A stretch of DNA of 64,000 nt, taken from positions 1-64,000 of the forward strand of contig BTUM01000016.1 in assembly GCA_045863235.1 (NCBI GenBank). The letters run 5' to 3'. The notes below the pieces were generated by a model. It worked only from the letters and a program-made list of their open reading frames with translations, was not told the DNA's origin and did not search any database. Origin of the DNA: Candidatus Xenobia bacterium. GTDB lineage: Bacteria > Vulcanimicrobiota > Xenobia > Xenobiales > QWHO01. Positions 24,886-34,886 of the stretch are shown here, one piece after another (the stretch's first letter is position 1; every line of letters starts with the position of its first letter). The position numbers were made by a program, and so were the translations under genes.

Positions 24886-27315
24886 TTAGAAGTCCAGACG
24901 CACCTCGGAGGTGATCTGGGGGCCAGCCCATTCGAAGGGATGAGCGAAGCGGTCGCTGGAGAGGTCCGGCGAGACGTGGTCGCCGGTCTGGTAATAGCGC
25001 CCCAGGACCCCCCAGCTGAGCTTGTCGTTCAGCTTCCACTCAAAACCCAGAGCAGGCACCACCTGAGAGCCGTCGATGTTGGTGAAGCTGACCGAGTTCA
25101 TCGGCAGGGCAAAGCGGTTGTAAAGTCCGGCCGGGTCGAGGTGACCGCGACAACGCACGTAATCCAATCCAATCCGCAGTTTGAAATCCTCGCTCAGGGG
25201 CCAGCTCGTTTGAGCGGTGAGAAACTGGGTGTACATGTCCACCAGGTTCTGGCTCCCACCCTGAGCTGCGCTCAAAATCGTGGGGCGCGAGTAGTGGCGG
25301 TGCTCGTAACCGAAGGTCAACGGTCCGTAGCGCAGCCCTCCGCCCAGCATGGTCTCCGAGCCGCGCTGATCTTCGAGTGGCTCGAGGTTGGCGGTGAAAG
25401 AGTCCTGCGAGTTCCGCCCGTATTGATTGGGGTTGGCGTAGCCGTAAAAGACCGGATCGATGAACCCGGGCGAAAACCCCAACACGGGGTTGGTGGGGTT
25501 GGCCGGCCCCAGCGAATTGGCCGGAGAGCGCACGTCGTAGAGCGAAGTTCGAGTTTGCCGAAGGAAGTTGGCTCCCACCCACCAGCTCGCGTCCTCCTCG
25601 AAACGGCCCTGGATTCGCGCCCGAAACCCCTTGCGATTGTGGGGATAAAAGCCGCTGTCGTGGAGAAAGAAGCGCCCCCCGACCTGGACGGTGATGGGAG
25701 AGCGCCGGCCCAGAGCCCCGTTGGGGTAGAGGTCGGGATTGTAGGTTGGGGCGACGCAGAGGTAGTCGGCGGTGAGATCGAGGTCGCCCAGCTCGCCCCC
25801 TAGCTCGATGCGCCAGGCGTCGCCGGGCTGTTGGAACGGGGAGTTACGGTTGCTGCGAAACTCGCTGTGAGCATATTCGCCGGTCACTCGCAGGCCGAAG
25901 TCGAACTTGTAGCGGGCCGAGGCTCCGAAAGTATTCTGCAGGCCCGGGCCATAGTTGCCTCCACCGGAGGTGAAACCAGCGCTGGTATCGGCGAATGGCT
26001 GCCAGCCGGCGATAGGGCGAGTCTCCACGGTGTTGGGTCGAAACGGGTTGGGGTCTCCCTCTGCCACGGGCGCAACGGCCGGCCCGGGGCGATCGGCCGC
26101 GAAGTAACCGGGCGGATTGACCCACTGCACCGGGGTCCAGCCGTTGGAGTTGCCGTAGGCCACGTTGGTGTTCGTGTTCAACCCCGCCAGCAGCGGCTGC
26201 CCGTCGGGCGCCTCGTCGCTCAAGCGGGCGTAGTTTGCTTTCAGGCGCCCTCGTCCGGCACCAAACTCGTAGGCCACATCGGCGCCCATGGCCAGGTGCT
26301 GGTAGTCCAGTCCCTGATAGACGTTGCCCTCTCCGAAACGGCTTCCGAAGGCCTCCCAGACCAGCCGGTCCTCTTTCTCGGGGGCGGTGCTGCCCTGAAC
26401 CTGATAGCCGAAGCCGACGAATCGAGCGGGGGGACGGGCGCTCAGGTTGGGCTGGCCCGCGTAGACCAGCGGGTCGATGCTCACCTCGTCGTAGGATCCA
26501 AGGTTGATGCGGGTGCGGCTCGGCTTGTGATCCAGGCGAATGCGGTCGAGAACCATGTTGGTAAAGGGAGCGTGATTGTTATTGGCGGTGCCGGTCACCA
26601 GGCCCAGGGGATTGGGCGGGGTCGCTCCCCAGTAGACATCGACGAACTCGTCGCCCTGAGTGGAGTAGGCCGCCAGCTCCGTGCGCAGGTCCCAGTCGGG
26701 CGAAAGCTTGACCTTCAACCCCAGCATGGCCCGCGAGGTGAAGCCGGCCCCCGTGGTAAGGGCCCGAGAGCGCTGATAGTCCACGGCCGGCAAGAGGCCG
26801 TGCTGCTGAGGGCGCAGCTGGGCAGCGGCACCGCCCCCGACCTCAGGATTGGGCGGCGAGCCGATGGGCCCCTTGTTGTGAAAGTGCTGGGCGATCACCA
26901 CCGTCTCGATGCGGCCGTAGAAGGTGATGCGCTCGAGCTCGGTGACCCGCTGGTCCAACCGACCGCTCTCCAACTGCAGGTTGTCCACCCTCACTCCGAG
27001 CGCGCCCAGCTCCTCGCGCAAACCTTCCACCAGCTGGCCCAGCTGCTCCAGCTCGGACTGGCTGGCAAGCCTCACCTGGTCCTGCTCCATCCGGGCCAGC
27101 AGACGCGCCACCTCGAGGGCCAGCTCCCAGCGCGAAGCCACCCGATCCCCTTTGAAGGTGCCGTCGGGGTAACCCTCGAGCAGGCCGCCAGCGGCCAGCG
27201 AGGCCACCTGTTCGCGGGCCCAGTGCTGCTCAGGCACGTCCGGAAAGAGGGGGGCAGCCCCGGCCGGCAGCCAGAGCGCCAGCAGCACTCCCCCTGCGAT
27301 GCTGCGAACATCCAT
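24886..27315 (-). CDS. SLH-domain outer-membrane beta-barrel protein (OmpM-like architecture)
   Basis: Signal peptide; FPDVPEQHWA..GLLEGYPDGTFKGDR..SRWELA SLH domain; coiled coil; beta-strand-rich body ending in Phe (EVRLDF). Confidence 0.85.
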   Translation of the reverse strand: MDVRSIAGGVLLALWLPAGAAPLFPDVPEQHWAREQVASLAAGGLLEGYPDGTFKGDRVASRWELALEVARLLARMEQDQVRLASQSELEQLGQLVEGLREELGALGVRVDNLQLESGRLDQRVTELERITFYGRIETVVIAQHFHNKGPIGSPPNPEVGGGAAAQLRPQQHGLLPAVDYQRSRALTTGAGFTSRAMLGLKVKLSPDWDLRTELAAYSTQGDEFVDVYWGATPPNPLGLVTGTANNNHAPFTNMVLDRIRLDHKPSRTRINLGSYDEVSIDPLVYAGQPNLSARPPARFVGFGYQVQGSTAPEKEDRLVWEAFGSRFGEGNVYQGLDYQHLAMGADVAYEFGAGRGRLKANYARLSDEAPDGQPLLAGLNTNTNVAYGNSNGWTPVQWVNPPGYFAADRPGPAVAPVAEGDPNPFRPNTVETRPIAGWQPFADTSAGFTSGGGNYGPGLQNTFGASARYKFDFGLRVTGEYAHSEFRSNRNSPFQQPGDAWRIELGGELGDLDLTADYLCVAPTYNPDLYPNGALGRRSPITVQVGGRFFLHDSGFYPHNRKGFRARIQGRFEEDASWWVGANFLRQTRTSLYDVRSPANSLGPANPTNPVLGFSPGFIDPVFYGYANPNQYGRNSQDSFTANLEPLEDQRGSETMLGGGLRYGPLTFGYEHRHYSRPTILSAAQGGSQNLVDMYTQFLTAQTSWPLSEDFKLRIGLDYVRCRGHLDPAGLYNRFALPMNSVSFTNIDGSQVVPALGFEWKLNDKLSWGVLGRYYQTGDHVSPDLSSDRFAHPFEWAGPQITSEVRLDF

Positions 27316-27399
27316 GGCCCCCCTATGCTCCCCGGGCCGGTCCATCTCCCGCCTGGATCAAGTTCCGATCCCGCCCGGGAGGATCAAGAAAGCGTACCT

Positions 27400-28197
27400 T
27401 TACTCCAGCAGGGCCCGAGCCACCAGCGTCAACAGCGCCAGCAGGGCCAGCAAGGAAGCGGCCGCAAAGGCGGCGGTAAAGTGGTACTCGTTGTAGAGGA
27501 TCTCGATGTGCAGTGGCAAGGTGTTGGTCAACCCGCGGATGTGACCCGAGACCACCGACACCGCCCCGAACTCGCCCATGGCGCGAGCGTTGCAGAGGAT
27601 GACGCCATAGAGCAGGCCCCAACGAATGTTGGGCAAGGTGACGTGCCAGAAGATCCTCAGGCCACCGGCACCCAGCGTCATGGCCGCTTCTTCTTCGTCG
27701 GTTCCGAGCGCCTTCATCAGGGGGATCAGCTCGCGGGCGACGATGGGCAGAGTCACGAAAATGGTGACCAGGATGATGGCTGGCGGCGCAAAGATGACCT
27801 TCAGGTTGTGAGCCCGCAGCCAGGGGCCGAGCAGGCCCTCGAGCCCGAAGAGGAGCACGAAGATGAGCCCTGCGATCACCGGCGAGACGGACAGGGGAAG
27901 ATCGATCAATGTCAAGAGCAGGTTCTTTCCCCGAAACTCAAACCGGGTCACCGCCCAGGCGGCCGCCACTCCGAAGACGAGGTTGAGAGGCACGGCCACC
28001 AGGGCAGTGATCAGCGTCAGACGCATGGCCGCCAGCGCGTCTGGCTCTCGGAGCGCCTTCAGATAGACCGACAGCCCCTCCCCGAAGGCGTTGAGAAACA
28101 CGCAGATCAGCGGCAGAAACAAGAAGAGCAGCATATAGCCCAGGGCCAGAGCGATCAGGACGAGTCGCACGGGGGGCGACTCGGTTCGGGGGCTCAC
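27400..28197 (-). CDS. cysW: Sulfate ABC transporter permease CysW
   Basis: [57 protein letters not shown]. Confidence 0.95.
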   Translation of the reverse strand: MSPRTESPPVRLVLIALALGYMLLFLFLPLICVFLNAFGEGLSVYLKALREPDALAAMRLTLITALVAVPLNLVFGVAAAWAVTRFEFRGKNLLLTLIDLPLSVSPVIAGLIFVLLFGLEGLLGPWLRAHNLKVIFAPPAIILVTIFVTLPIVARELIPLMKALGTDEEEAAMTLGAGGLRIFWHVTLPNIRWGLLYGVILCNARAMGEFGAVSVVSGHIRGLTNTLPLHIEILYNEYHFTAAFAAASLLALLALLTLVARALLE

Positions 28198-29021
28198 AGG
28201 CTCTGTCCGATCCGGCGGGCGCTGAGGGCCTGCAGCGCGTTGGTGAGGAGCAGCAACGAGAAGGAGAGCCCCAGCAAGACCAGGGCGATGGCAGTGGCGC
28301 CCGCGTAGTCATACTGCTCGAGCTTGATCATGATGAGGAGGGGAGCGATCTCGGTCTTCATCGGAAGATTGCCGGCGATGAAGATGACCGAGCCATACTC
28401 GCCGATGGCCCGGGCGAGGGCGAGGCTGAAGCCGGTCAACAGGGCCGGCACCAGGGTGGGCAGGATGACCTGCCAGAAAGACTGCCAGCGGCTTGCGCCC
28501 AGGCTGGCGGCGGCCTCCTCGACCTCGGGGGGAAACTGGCGCAGGACCGGCTCGACGGTGCGCACCACAAAGGGAAAAGTGATGAAGATCAGGGCCAGCA
28601 CGATGCCGAGCGGGGTGAAGGCGGCCTTGATCCCCAGAGGGGCGAGAAAGCGGCCCAGCCACCCCTCGGGAGCGTAGAGTGTGGTCAGGGTGATGCCCGC
28701 CACCGCCGTGGGCAGCGCGAAGGGGAAGTCCACAAAGGCGTCCACCACCCGCTTGCCCGGAAACTCGTAGCGTGCCAGCACCCAGGCCACCAGCAGGCCC
28801 GCCCCCAGGTTGACCAGGGCGGCCAGCAGGGCGGCTCCGAAGGTGAGCCGGTAGGCGGCCACGGCGCGCGGGGACGAGACCGCCTCCCAGAAGGCCTGGG
28901 GCCCCATGGCAGACGTCTTCACGAGCAACATCGAAAGCGGAACGAGCACCACCAGGCCCAGATAGAGCACGGTTGTGCCCAATGTCAAACCGAAGCCCGG
29001 GAGCTTGGGGCGGGGAGACAA
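28194..29021 (-). CDS. cysT: Sulfate ABC transporter permease CysT
   Basis: [63 protein letters not shown] start just after the sbp stop. Confidence 0.93.
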   Translation of the reverse strand: MSPRPKLPGFGLTLGTTVLYLGLVVLVPLSMLLVKTSAMGPQAFWEAVSSPRAVAAYRLTFGAALLAALVNLGAGLLVAWVLARYEFPGKRVVDAFVDFPFALPTAVAGITLTTLYAPEGWLGRFLAPLGIKAAFTPLGIVLALIFITFPFVVRTVEPVLRQFPPEVEEAAASLGASRWQSFWQVILPTLVPALLTGFSLALARAIGEYGSVIFIAGNLPMKTEIAPLLIMIKLEQYDYAGATAIALVLLGLSFSLLLLTNALQALSARRIGQSL

Positions 29022-29022
29022 G

Positions 29023-30042
29023 TCAGCGCTTCTCGGAGATCTGGTCGAAAATGCCGCCGTCGTCGAAGTGTTTTTGCTGGGCGGCCTTCCACCCCCCGAA
29101 AACCTCGTCCACGGTGAACAGCTCGAGCGGCTTGAAGAGCTCGGCATGCCGGGCTGCCACCTTCTGGTCGCGCGGGCGATAGTAGTGACGCGCCACCAGC
29201 TCCTGGCCGGGCTCGGTATACAGATACCCGAGATAGGCCTCGGCCAGGGCCCTCTTGCCGTTCTGGTCCACGTTCTTGTCGACCAGCGCCACGGGCGGCT
29301 CGGCCAGGATGCTGATCGAAGGATAGACGACCTCGAACTTGCCCTTGCCCATCTCGCGAGCCGAGAGGCAGGCCTCGTTCTCCCACGCGATCAAGACGTC
29401 GCCGATGTCGCGCTCGGCGAAGGTGGTCATGGAGCCGCGTGCCCCCGAGTCGAGCACCGAGACATTGGCAAACAACGCCCTGAGGAAATCCTCGGCCTTC
29501 TTCTCGTCGTTGCCATGCTTGTTGAGAGCGTAGCCCCAGGCGGCCAGGTAGCCCCAGCGAGCGGCGCCCGACGTCTTCGGGTTGGCGCACACCACGTTGA
29601 GGCCCGGTTGGATCAGATCGTCCCAATCCTTGATGGCCCTCGGATTGCCATTGCGCACCAGGAAGACGATGGTGGAAGTGTAGGGGCAGCTGTTGTGGGG
29701 CAATCGCTTCTGCCAGTCGGCAGCGATCAGTCCGCGCTCGGCGATGGCGTCGATGTCGTAAGCCAGTGCCAGCGTCACCACGTCGGCCTCCAGGCCCTCG
29801 ATGACGGCTCGAGCCTGCTTGCCGCTGCCCCCGTGCGACTGGTTGATCGTCACGGTCTGGCCGGTCTTCTGCTTCCACTCGGCTGCAAAGGCGGAGTTCA
29901 CCTCATCATAGAGCTCGCGGGTCGGGTCGTAGGACACATTGAGCAGGGTCAGCGTGCTGCCTTCCCCCTGGGACGGATTGGAGCAGCCGCACACGGTCAC
30001 GGCCAGGAAGAGAAGCAGCCAGGTTTTCAAAGTTCCTCGCAT
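29023..30042 (-). CDS. sbp: Sulfate-binding lipoprotein
   Basis: Lipobox [51 protein letters not shown]. Confidence 0.95.
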   Translation of the reverse strand: MRGTLKTWLLLFLAVTVCGCSNPSQGEGSTLTLLNVSYDPTRELYDEVNSAFAAEWKQKTGQTVTINQSHGGSGKQARAVIEGLEADVVTLALAYDIDAIAERGLIAADWQKRLPHNSCPYTSTIVFLVRNGNPRAIKDWDDLIQPGLNVVCANPKTSGAARWGYLAAWGYALNKHGNDEKKAEDFLRALFANVSVLDSGARGSMTTFAERDIGDVLIAWENEACLSAREMGKGKFEVVYPSISILAEPPVALVDKNVDQNGKRALAEAYLGYLYTEPGQELVARHYYRPRDQKVAARHAELFKPLELFTVDEVFGGWKAAQQKHFDDGGIFDQISEKR

Positions 30043-30043
30043 G

Positions 30044-31798
30044 TCAGGATTCCACCAGTGGCACCAGCAGAATGGGTCGGCTGGTCCCCTCGCAAATGGT
30101 GCGGGCCAGCCGAGCCGGGCCGTCAGGGGCCCCCAGCACCAGAAGGTCGGCCGCAAGCTCCTCGGCGGCCCGCAAGATGGTGGCCGGAACATCGCCAGAC
30201 TCGCGGATCTCGGTACTGGTCTTGACGCCGGCCAGCTCCAGCGAGGAGCGAGCCTGCTCGAGGTGGCGCTCAGCTCGGTCGCGTACCCAGTCGGGGGCGT
30301 CAGGGCGGGCCACGTGGAGGACGGTCACACTGGCCCCGGCCCGGGCGGCGATGCGCCCCCCCATACGAACGTCAGCCTTGCCGGGCTCGCCCGCGGCCGT
30401 CAGGATGAGGATCCGAGCCAGTTGCTCGGGAGCCTGGCGGGCCACCATGACCGATGACTCGGTGTGCTCGAGCACTCGCATGGCCGTCTGGCCGAAGCTG
30501 TTCAACACAACCAGCTCGAAGTTGCCCTCTTGAGCGGCCCGCACGATCTCCACCGGAGGGCTGCCTGAGCGGAGCATCAGCTCGATACCGGGATCCGGGG
30601 AAGGGCTGGCCCTGCCCAGACAGAGCCGACAGGCCCTGGCCTCGACCGCGCGGGCCAGAAGCCGGCCGGCCTCGAATGTGCCCACCTGGTCAGGCGCTGA
30701 GCAGATCAGGGTCCTGAGACCGGTGGGCTGGAGCAGGTGATAGTGCGATAGCCCGATGAAGAGCCGCTGGCCGACTTCGAGGACCCGCCCCGACGGCAGA
30801 CTCGCTTCCAGTGTGTTGGGGCGCTGGCCGTGGCCCGGGGTGGGGGCTACCACACGCGCTCCGCGCAGGCCCTCCACCTTGAGGCGCACCCGCTGGTGGG
30901 GGCCCGCGAAGACCTGCTCGGACACCTCTCCTTCCCACAGAGCGCCCTCGAAGCGCTGCTCCTCGAGGCGCACGTTCTCGGGCCGGATCAAGAGCCGCAC
31001 CAGGGCGCCCTCGCCCTCGGGCTCAGGATGCTCCACCATGGCGGTCCCCAGGCGGACCTGACCCCTCTCCTGGTGACCTACCAGCACCGTGCCTGCGCCG
31101 ACAAACGAGGCCGTGAACTGATGGCGGGGGCGATGGTAGAGCTCGCGCGGCGGCCCGACCTCGATCAGATGGCCGCGCTCGATCACCCCGATGCGATCGG
31201 CCAGCTCGAAGGCTTCCTCCTGATCGTGGGTCACCAGGATGGAGGTCACCCCCGTCTGGCGCTGGATCTCCTTCAGACTGCGGCGCAACTGCCCGCGTAT
31301 GCTCACATCCAGAGCTCCGAAGGGCTCGTCCAAAAGCAAAACCCGGGGTCGGAAGGCAAGCGCTCGGGCCAGCGCCACTCGCTGCTGCTGGCCTCCCGAG
31401 AGCTGATTGGCAAAGCGCCGCCCCAATCCAGTCAGGCCTACCAGCTCCATCAGCTCCGCGCTGCGGCGCCGGCGGTCGAGTCGGCTCACCCCGCGCAGCC
31501 GTAGAGCAAACTCGATGTTGTCCTCCACCGACATGTGGCGAAACAGGGCGTAATTCTGGAAGACGAATCCGCAGCCTCGTTTTTGAGCCGGCACTCGGGT
31601 TACGTCCTGACCGCCCATCTCGACCCGTCCTTCGTCGGGGTCGAGCAGACCGGCGATCAGGCGCAAAATGGTGCTCTTGCCGCTCCCGCTCCCACCGAGC
31701 AGCACGAAGAGCTCTCCCTCGGCGATCTCGAGGTTGACCCGGTTGACCACCGTCAGGTCGCCGTAGCGTTTGACCAGCTCGAGCAGGCGAATCGACAT
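30044..31798 (-). CDS. cysA: Sulfate ABC ATPase CysA fused to C-terminal universal stress protein domains
   Basis: [45 protein letters not shown] region; then [15 protein letters not shown] and [24 protein letters not shown] motifs. Confidence 0.88.
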   Translation of the reverse strand: MSIRLLELVKRYGDLTVVNRVNLEIAEGELFVLLGGSGSGKSTILRLIAGLLDPDEGRVEMGGQDVTRVPAQKRGCGFVFQNYALFRHMSVEDNIEFALRLRGVSRLDRRRRSAELMELVGLTGLGRRFANQLSGGQQQRVALARALAFRPRVLLLDEPFGALDVSIRGQLRRSLKEIQRQTGVTSILVTHDQEEAFELADRIGVIERGHLIEVGPPRELYHRPRHQFTASFVGAGTVLVGHQERGQVRLGTAMVEHPEPEGEGALVRLLIRPENVRLEEQRFEGALWEGEVSEQVFAGPHQRVRLKVEGLRGARVVAPTPGHGQRPNTLEASLPSGRVLEVGQRLFIGLSHYHLLQPTGLRTLICSAPDQVGTFEAGRLLARAVEARACRLCLGRASPSPDPGIELMLRSGSPPVEIVRAAQEGNFELVVLNSFGQTAMRVLEHTESSVMVARQAPEQLARILILTAAGEPGKADVRMGGRIAARAGASVTVLHVARPDAPDWVRDRAERHLEQARSSLELAGVKTSTEIRESGDVPATILRAAEELAADLLVLGAPDGPARLARTICEGTSRPILLVPLVES

Positions 31799-31888
31799 CG
31801 GCAGTCAGGCTTTGACGCGGAGCTGAGGTCTACTGTCCGTCGGCTGTCCAGAACCCGGCCGACAGGATCCAGAAAAGATCAAGAGACT

Positions 31889-31917
31889 CTGGCAGGGGGT
31901 GGCGGCTCTGGTATAAT
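31889..31917 (+). promoter_or_regulatory. Promoter of kdpDE
   Basis: Extended -10 TG-G-TATAAT (31909-31917), 9 nt before TTG 31927. Confidence 0.5.
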
Positions 31918-31926
31918 CGCCCCGAG

Positions 31927-34158
31927 TTGCTCACCATCCCCTCCCCCACGACCGGTCGGCAGCCGTCCCTGACCCGGGGACGGCTGACGGTGTTTCTCGG
32001 CTACGCTGAGGAAACCGGAAAGAGGGTCACCATGCAAGCGGAGGGAGCGCGGCTGGCAGCCGGAGGGATGCGAGTCGAGTCCTTCCAGGACAACCTCGAG
32101 GAGTTGCTCGAGCGCCGCCCCGAGCTGGTGCTGGTGAGCGACCTGGCCCGGGCCAACGAGTCCGGCGCTCGCCATCGCAAGCGCTACCAGGACGTGGAGG
32201 AGCTTCTGGCAGCCGGCATCGACGTCTTCGCAACCCTGGACGTTCAGCGCATCGAGAGCCTGAACGACCTGGTAGCGCGCCTCTCCGGCATCACTGTGCG
32301 CGAGACGGTGCCCGATCGCATTCTGGACCTGGCCCACCACGTCGAGCTGGTCGATCTCTCTGCACCCGAGCTACGCCTGCGCCTGGAGGAGGGGGGCAAT
32401 CTGCTGGCCATGCGCGAGCTGGCCCTGCGCAAAGCTGCCGAGCTGGCGGGGCAGCGCGAGGCGCTGGCCTCGCGGATGGAGCAGCCGGTAGCCGCTGAGA
32501 GCATCCTGGTCTGCGTCAGCCCCGAAAGCGAGAACAGGCGCCTTCTGGGCCTGGGCCGACGGATGACAGCGGGACTGCATGCTGACTGGACCGTGCTCTA
32601 TGTGGAGACTCCCTGGCACACCAAAGAGCAGCGCGAGTCGGTGAGTCAGACTCTGCACCAGGCCGAGGAGCTGGGCGCCCGCAGCGCGACCATCACCGGT
32701 CAAAACGTCTGTGAGGGGGTGCTCGACTACGCCCGGGCGCACCAGGTGACCCGCATCCTGGCCAGCAAGGCCGGCGGACTGGGAGAGAGGCTGCTCAAGA
32801 AGAGCGGCGACATCGACCTGCACTTGATCGGAGAGACCCCTCGGCGCAAGCTTCATCCTTACCTGGGGGCCGGAGGATTGGTCGCCCTGGCCCTGCTCCT
32901 GGCCTGGCCGGCCAGAGGGCCCCAGGGGGCCGAGTCGGTCCTGCTCTGCTTGATGGCCGTGCTCACCTCGGCCGTCTACTGGGGGCGGGGGCCGGCCCTG
33001 GTGGCGGCGGCTTTGAGCGTGCTGCTAGCCCCCTTCACTCCGCTCAACCTGGCGGCCCTGGTGGCCGTGGCCCTGGTGGTCAGCACCCTGGCCCACCGGG
33101 CCAGGTCGCAGGTGGCTGCCGCTCGTCGTCGCGAGACGGCCACCGTGGCAGCCTGCGAGCTGAGCCAGGACCTGGTGGCCGCCTCTGACGCGAATGCGGT
33201 GCTGGCCATCCTCAAGCGTCACGGGGAGCGGGTCTTCGGGGGCGTGTTCACCCCCCTGCCCGAAGGCCTGAGCGGAGTGGAGCAAGCCGCGGCCGAGTGG
33301 GCCCTGGCCCGGAGCCTGCCCGCCGGGCGCCACACGGACACCCACTCGGAGGCCAGCTCGCTGTACCTGCCTCTGGGTCGCCAGGGAGTTGTGGCCGTGC
33401 AGCTCGACTCGGTCTCGCGCGAGCAACGACGTTTGCTGGAGACCTTTGCCAGCCAGTCCGGGCTGGCCCTCGAGCGGGTCCATCTGGCCGATGAGGCCAG
33501 CCGGCATGAGCTCCTCAAGGCCAAGGAGAAGCTCCAGAATGCCCTGCTGAACTCGGTCTCGCACGACCTCAAAACCCCCCTGGCCTCGATCACCGGCGCC
33601 CTGCGCAGCCTGCGCGAGGACGGCGAGCTGCTCGACGACACCGCCCGGCTGGAGTTGACCGACAACGCCTGCGCCGAGGCCGAGCGGCTCAACCGGCTGG
33701 TGACCAACCTGCTGGACCTGACCCGCCTGGAGGGAGGAGCCCGCCCGGTACGCCTCGAGCTCTGCCAGCTGGCTGAGCTGGTGAGCGCGGCTCGCGACGC
33801 TGCTCGGTGCGAGCGCACGGTCGAGGTCGAGCTGGAGATCAGCGCCTGGATGCTCGATTTCGTGTTGATCCACCAGGTGCTGGTCAACCTGCTCGACAAC
33901 GCCCTGAAATACTCCACTCCTCACACTCCCCTTTTGATCAGAGCCCGAGAGCTGGAAGGAGAGCTGGAGCTGAGCGTGCTCAACGAAGGCCCCCCACCGA
34001 GTGAGCTGGAGCGGGTCTTCGAGGCCTTCTTCCATGGCCCCACCGGAGGCTCGGGGCTGGGTCTCTCCATCTGCCAGGCCATCGTGCACGCCCATGGTGG
34101 ACGCATCGGCATGCACTGCGAGAACGGCCATACGGTCGTCAGCGTGAGGCTGCCTTGA
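31927..34158 (+). CDS. kdpD: KdpD-like sensor histidine kinase (shortened, degenerate N-terminal domain)
   Basis: RGRLTVFLGYA, RHRKRYQDVEELL.AGIDV, IESLNDLV, VRETVPD, USP, TM block, GAF, SVSHDLKTPL, NLLDNALKYS, GSGLGLSIC. Confidence 0.88.
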   Translation: MLTIPSPTTGRQPSLTRGRLTVFLGYAEETGKRVTMQAEGARLAAGGMRVESFQDNLEELLERRPELVLVSDLARANESGARHRKRYQDVEELLAAGIDVFATLDVQRIESLNDLVARLSGITVRETVPDRILDLAHHVELVDLSAPELRLRLEEGGNLLAMRELALRKAAELAGQREALASRMEQPVAAESILVCVSPESENRRLLGLGRRMTAGLHADWTVLYVETPWHTKEQRESVSQTLHQAEELGARSATITGQNVCEGVLDYARAHQVTRILASKAGGLGERLLKKSGDIDLHLIGETPRRKLHPYLGAGGLVALALLLAWPARGPQGAESVLLCLMAVLTSAVYWGRGPALVAAALSVLLAPFTPLNLAALVAVALVVSTLAHRARSQVAAARRRETATVAACELSQDLVAASDANAVLAILKRHGERVFGGVFTPLPEGLSGVEQAAAEWALARSLPAGRHTDTHSEASSLYLPLGRQGVVAVQLDSVSREQRRLLETFASQSGLALERVHLADEASRHELLKAKEKLQNALLNSVSHDLKTPLASITGALRSLREDGELLDDTARLELTDNACAEAERLNRLVTNLLDLTRLEGGARPVRLELCQLAELVSAARDAARCERTVEVELEISAWMLDFVLIHQVLVNLLDNALKYSTPHTPLLIRARELEGELELSVLNEGPPPSELERVFEAFFHGPTGGSGLGLSICQAIVHAHGGRIGMHCENGHTVVSVRLP

Positions 34159-34829
34159 CCCGGGTGCTGGTAGTCGATGACGAAAAGGCCATCCTGCGCT
34201 TCCTGCGCACTTCACTCGGAGCGCACGGCTACAAAGTGCTGGAGGCCTCCACAGGGGAGCACGCCCTGGAGCAGGCGGCCTTGGAGCGTCCCGAGGTCAT
34301 CCTGCTCGATCTCACCCTGCCCGACATCGACGGCGTGGAGGTCACCAGGCGTCTGCGCGAGTGGTCACGCGTGCCCATCATCGTGGTCTCGGTGCGAGGC
34401 AGCGAGGCGGACAAGATCGAGGCCCTGGACGCCGGCGCCAATGACTACCTGACCAAGCCCTTCGGCCTGGGAGAGCTGATGGCCCGCATGCGGGTGGCCC
34501 TGCGTTCGCGCCTGGGTGACTCTCCCGAGCCGGTCTTCCGCTACGAGGGGCTGGAGGTGGACCTCTCCCGGCGACTGGTCAGCGTGGACGGGGTGGCTGT
34601 GCGCCTTACGCCCACCGAGTATGATTTGTTGAAGACCCTGATCGTGCACGCCGGCAAGGTGCTTACCCACCGCATGCTCCTGCGCGAGGTCTGGGGACGA
34701 GGCTACGAAGAAGACAATCACCTCGTGCGCGCCAATATCTGCAACCTGCGCGCCAAGCTCGAGCGCGATCCGACTCGTTCACGCTTCATCCAGACCGAGC
34801 CGGGGGTAGGCTACCGGCTGAAAGCCTGA
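34155..34829 (+). CDS. kdpE: KdpE response regulator (OmpR family)
   Basis: VLVVDDE, ILLDLTLPDIDG, ALDAGANDYLTKPF, LTPTEYDLL..HAGKVLTHR.LLREVWG, IQTEPGVGYRL. Confidence 0.92.
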   Translation: MTRVLVVDDEKAILRFLRTSLGAHGYKVLEASTGEHALEQAALERPEVILLDLTLPDIDGVEVTRRLREWSRVPIIVVSVRGSEADKIEALDAGANDYLTKPFGLGELMARMRVALRSRLGDSPEPVFRYEGLEVDLSRRLVSVDGVAVRLTPTEYDLLKTLIVHAGKVLTHRMLLREVWGRGYEEDNHLVRANICNLRAKLERDPTRSRFIQTEPGVGYRLKA

Positions 34830-34836
34830 CAACGCC

Positions 34837-34879
34837 GGCACAAAATCGTAACACAAAGGCAACATGGTCTGGTTAGAAT
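34837..34879 (+). promoter_or_regulatory. 11-bp-phased direct repeats plus -10 box
   Basis: GGCACA/GTAACA/GCAACA at 34837, 34848, 34859; 10 nt; TAGAAT; 7 nt; ATG 34887. Confidence 0.6.
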
Positions 34880-34886
34880 ACGAAGG

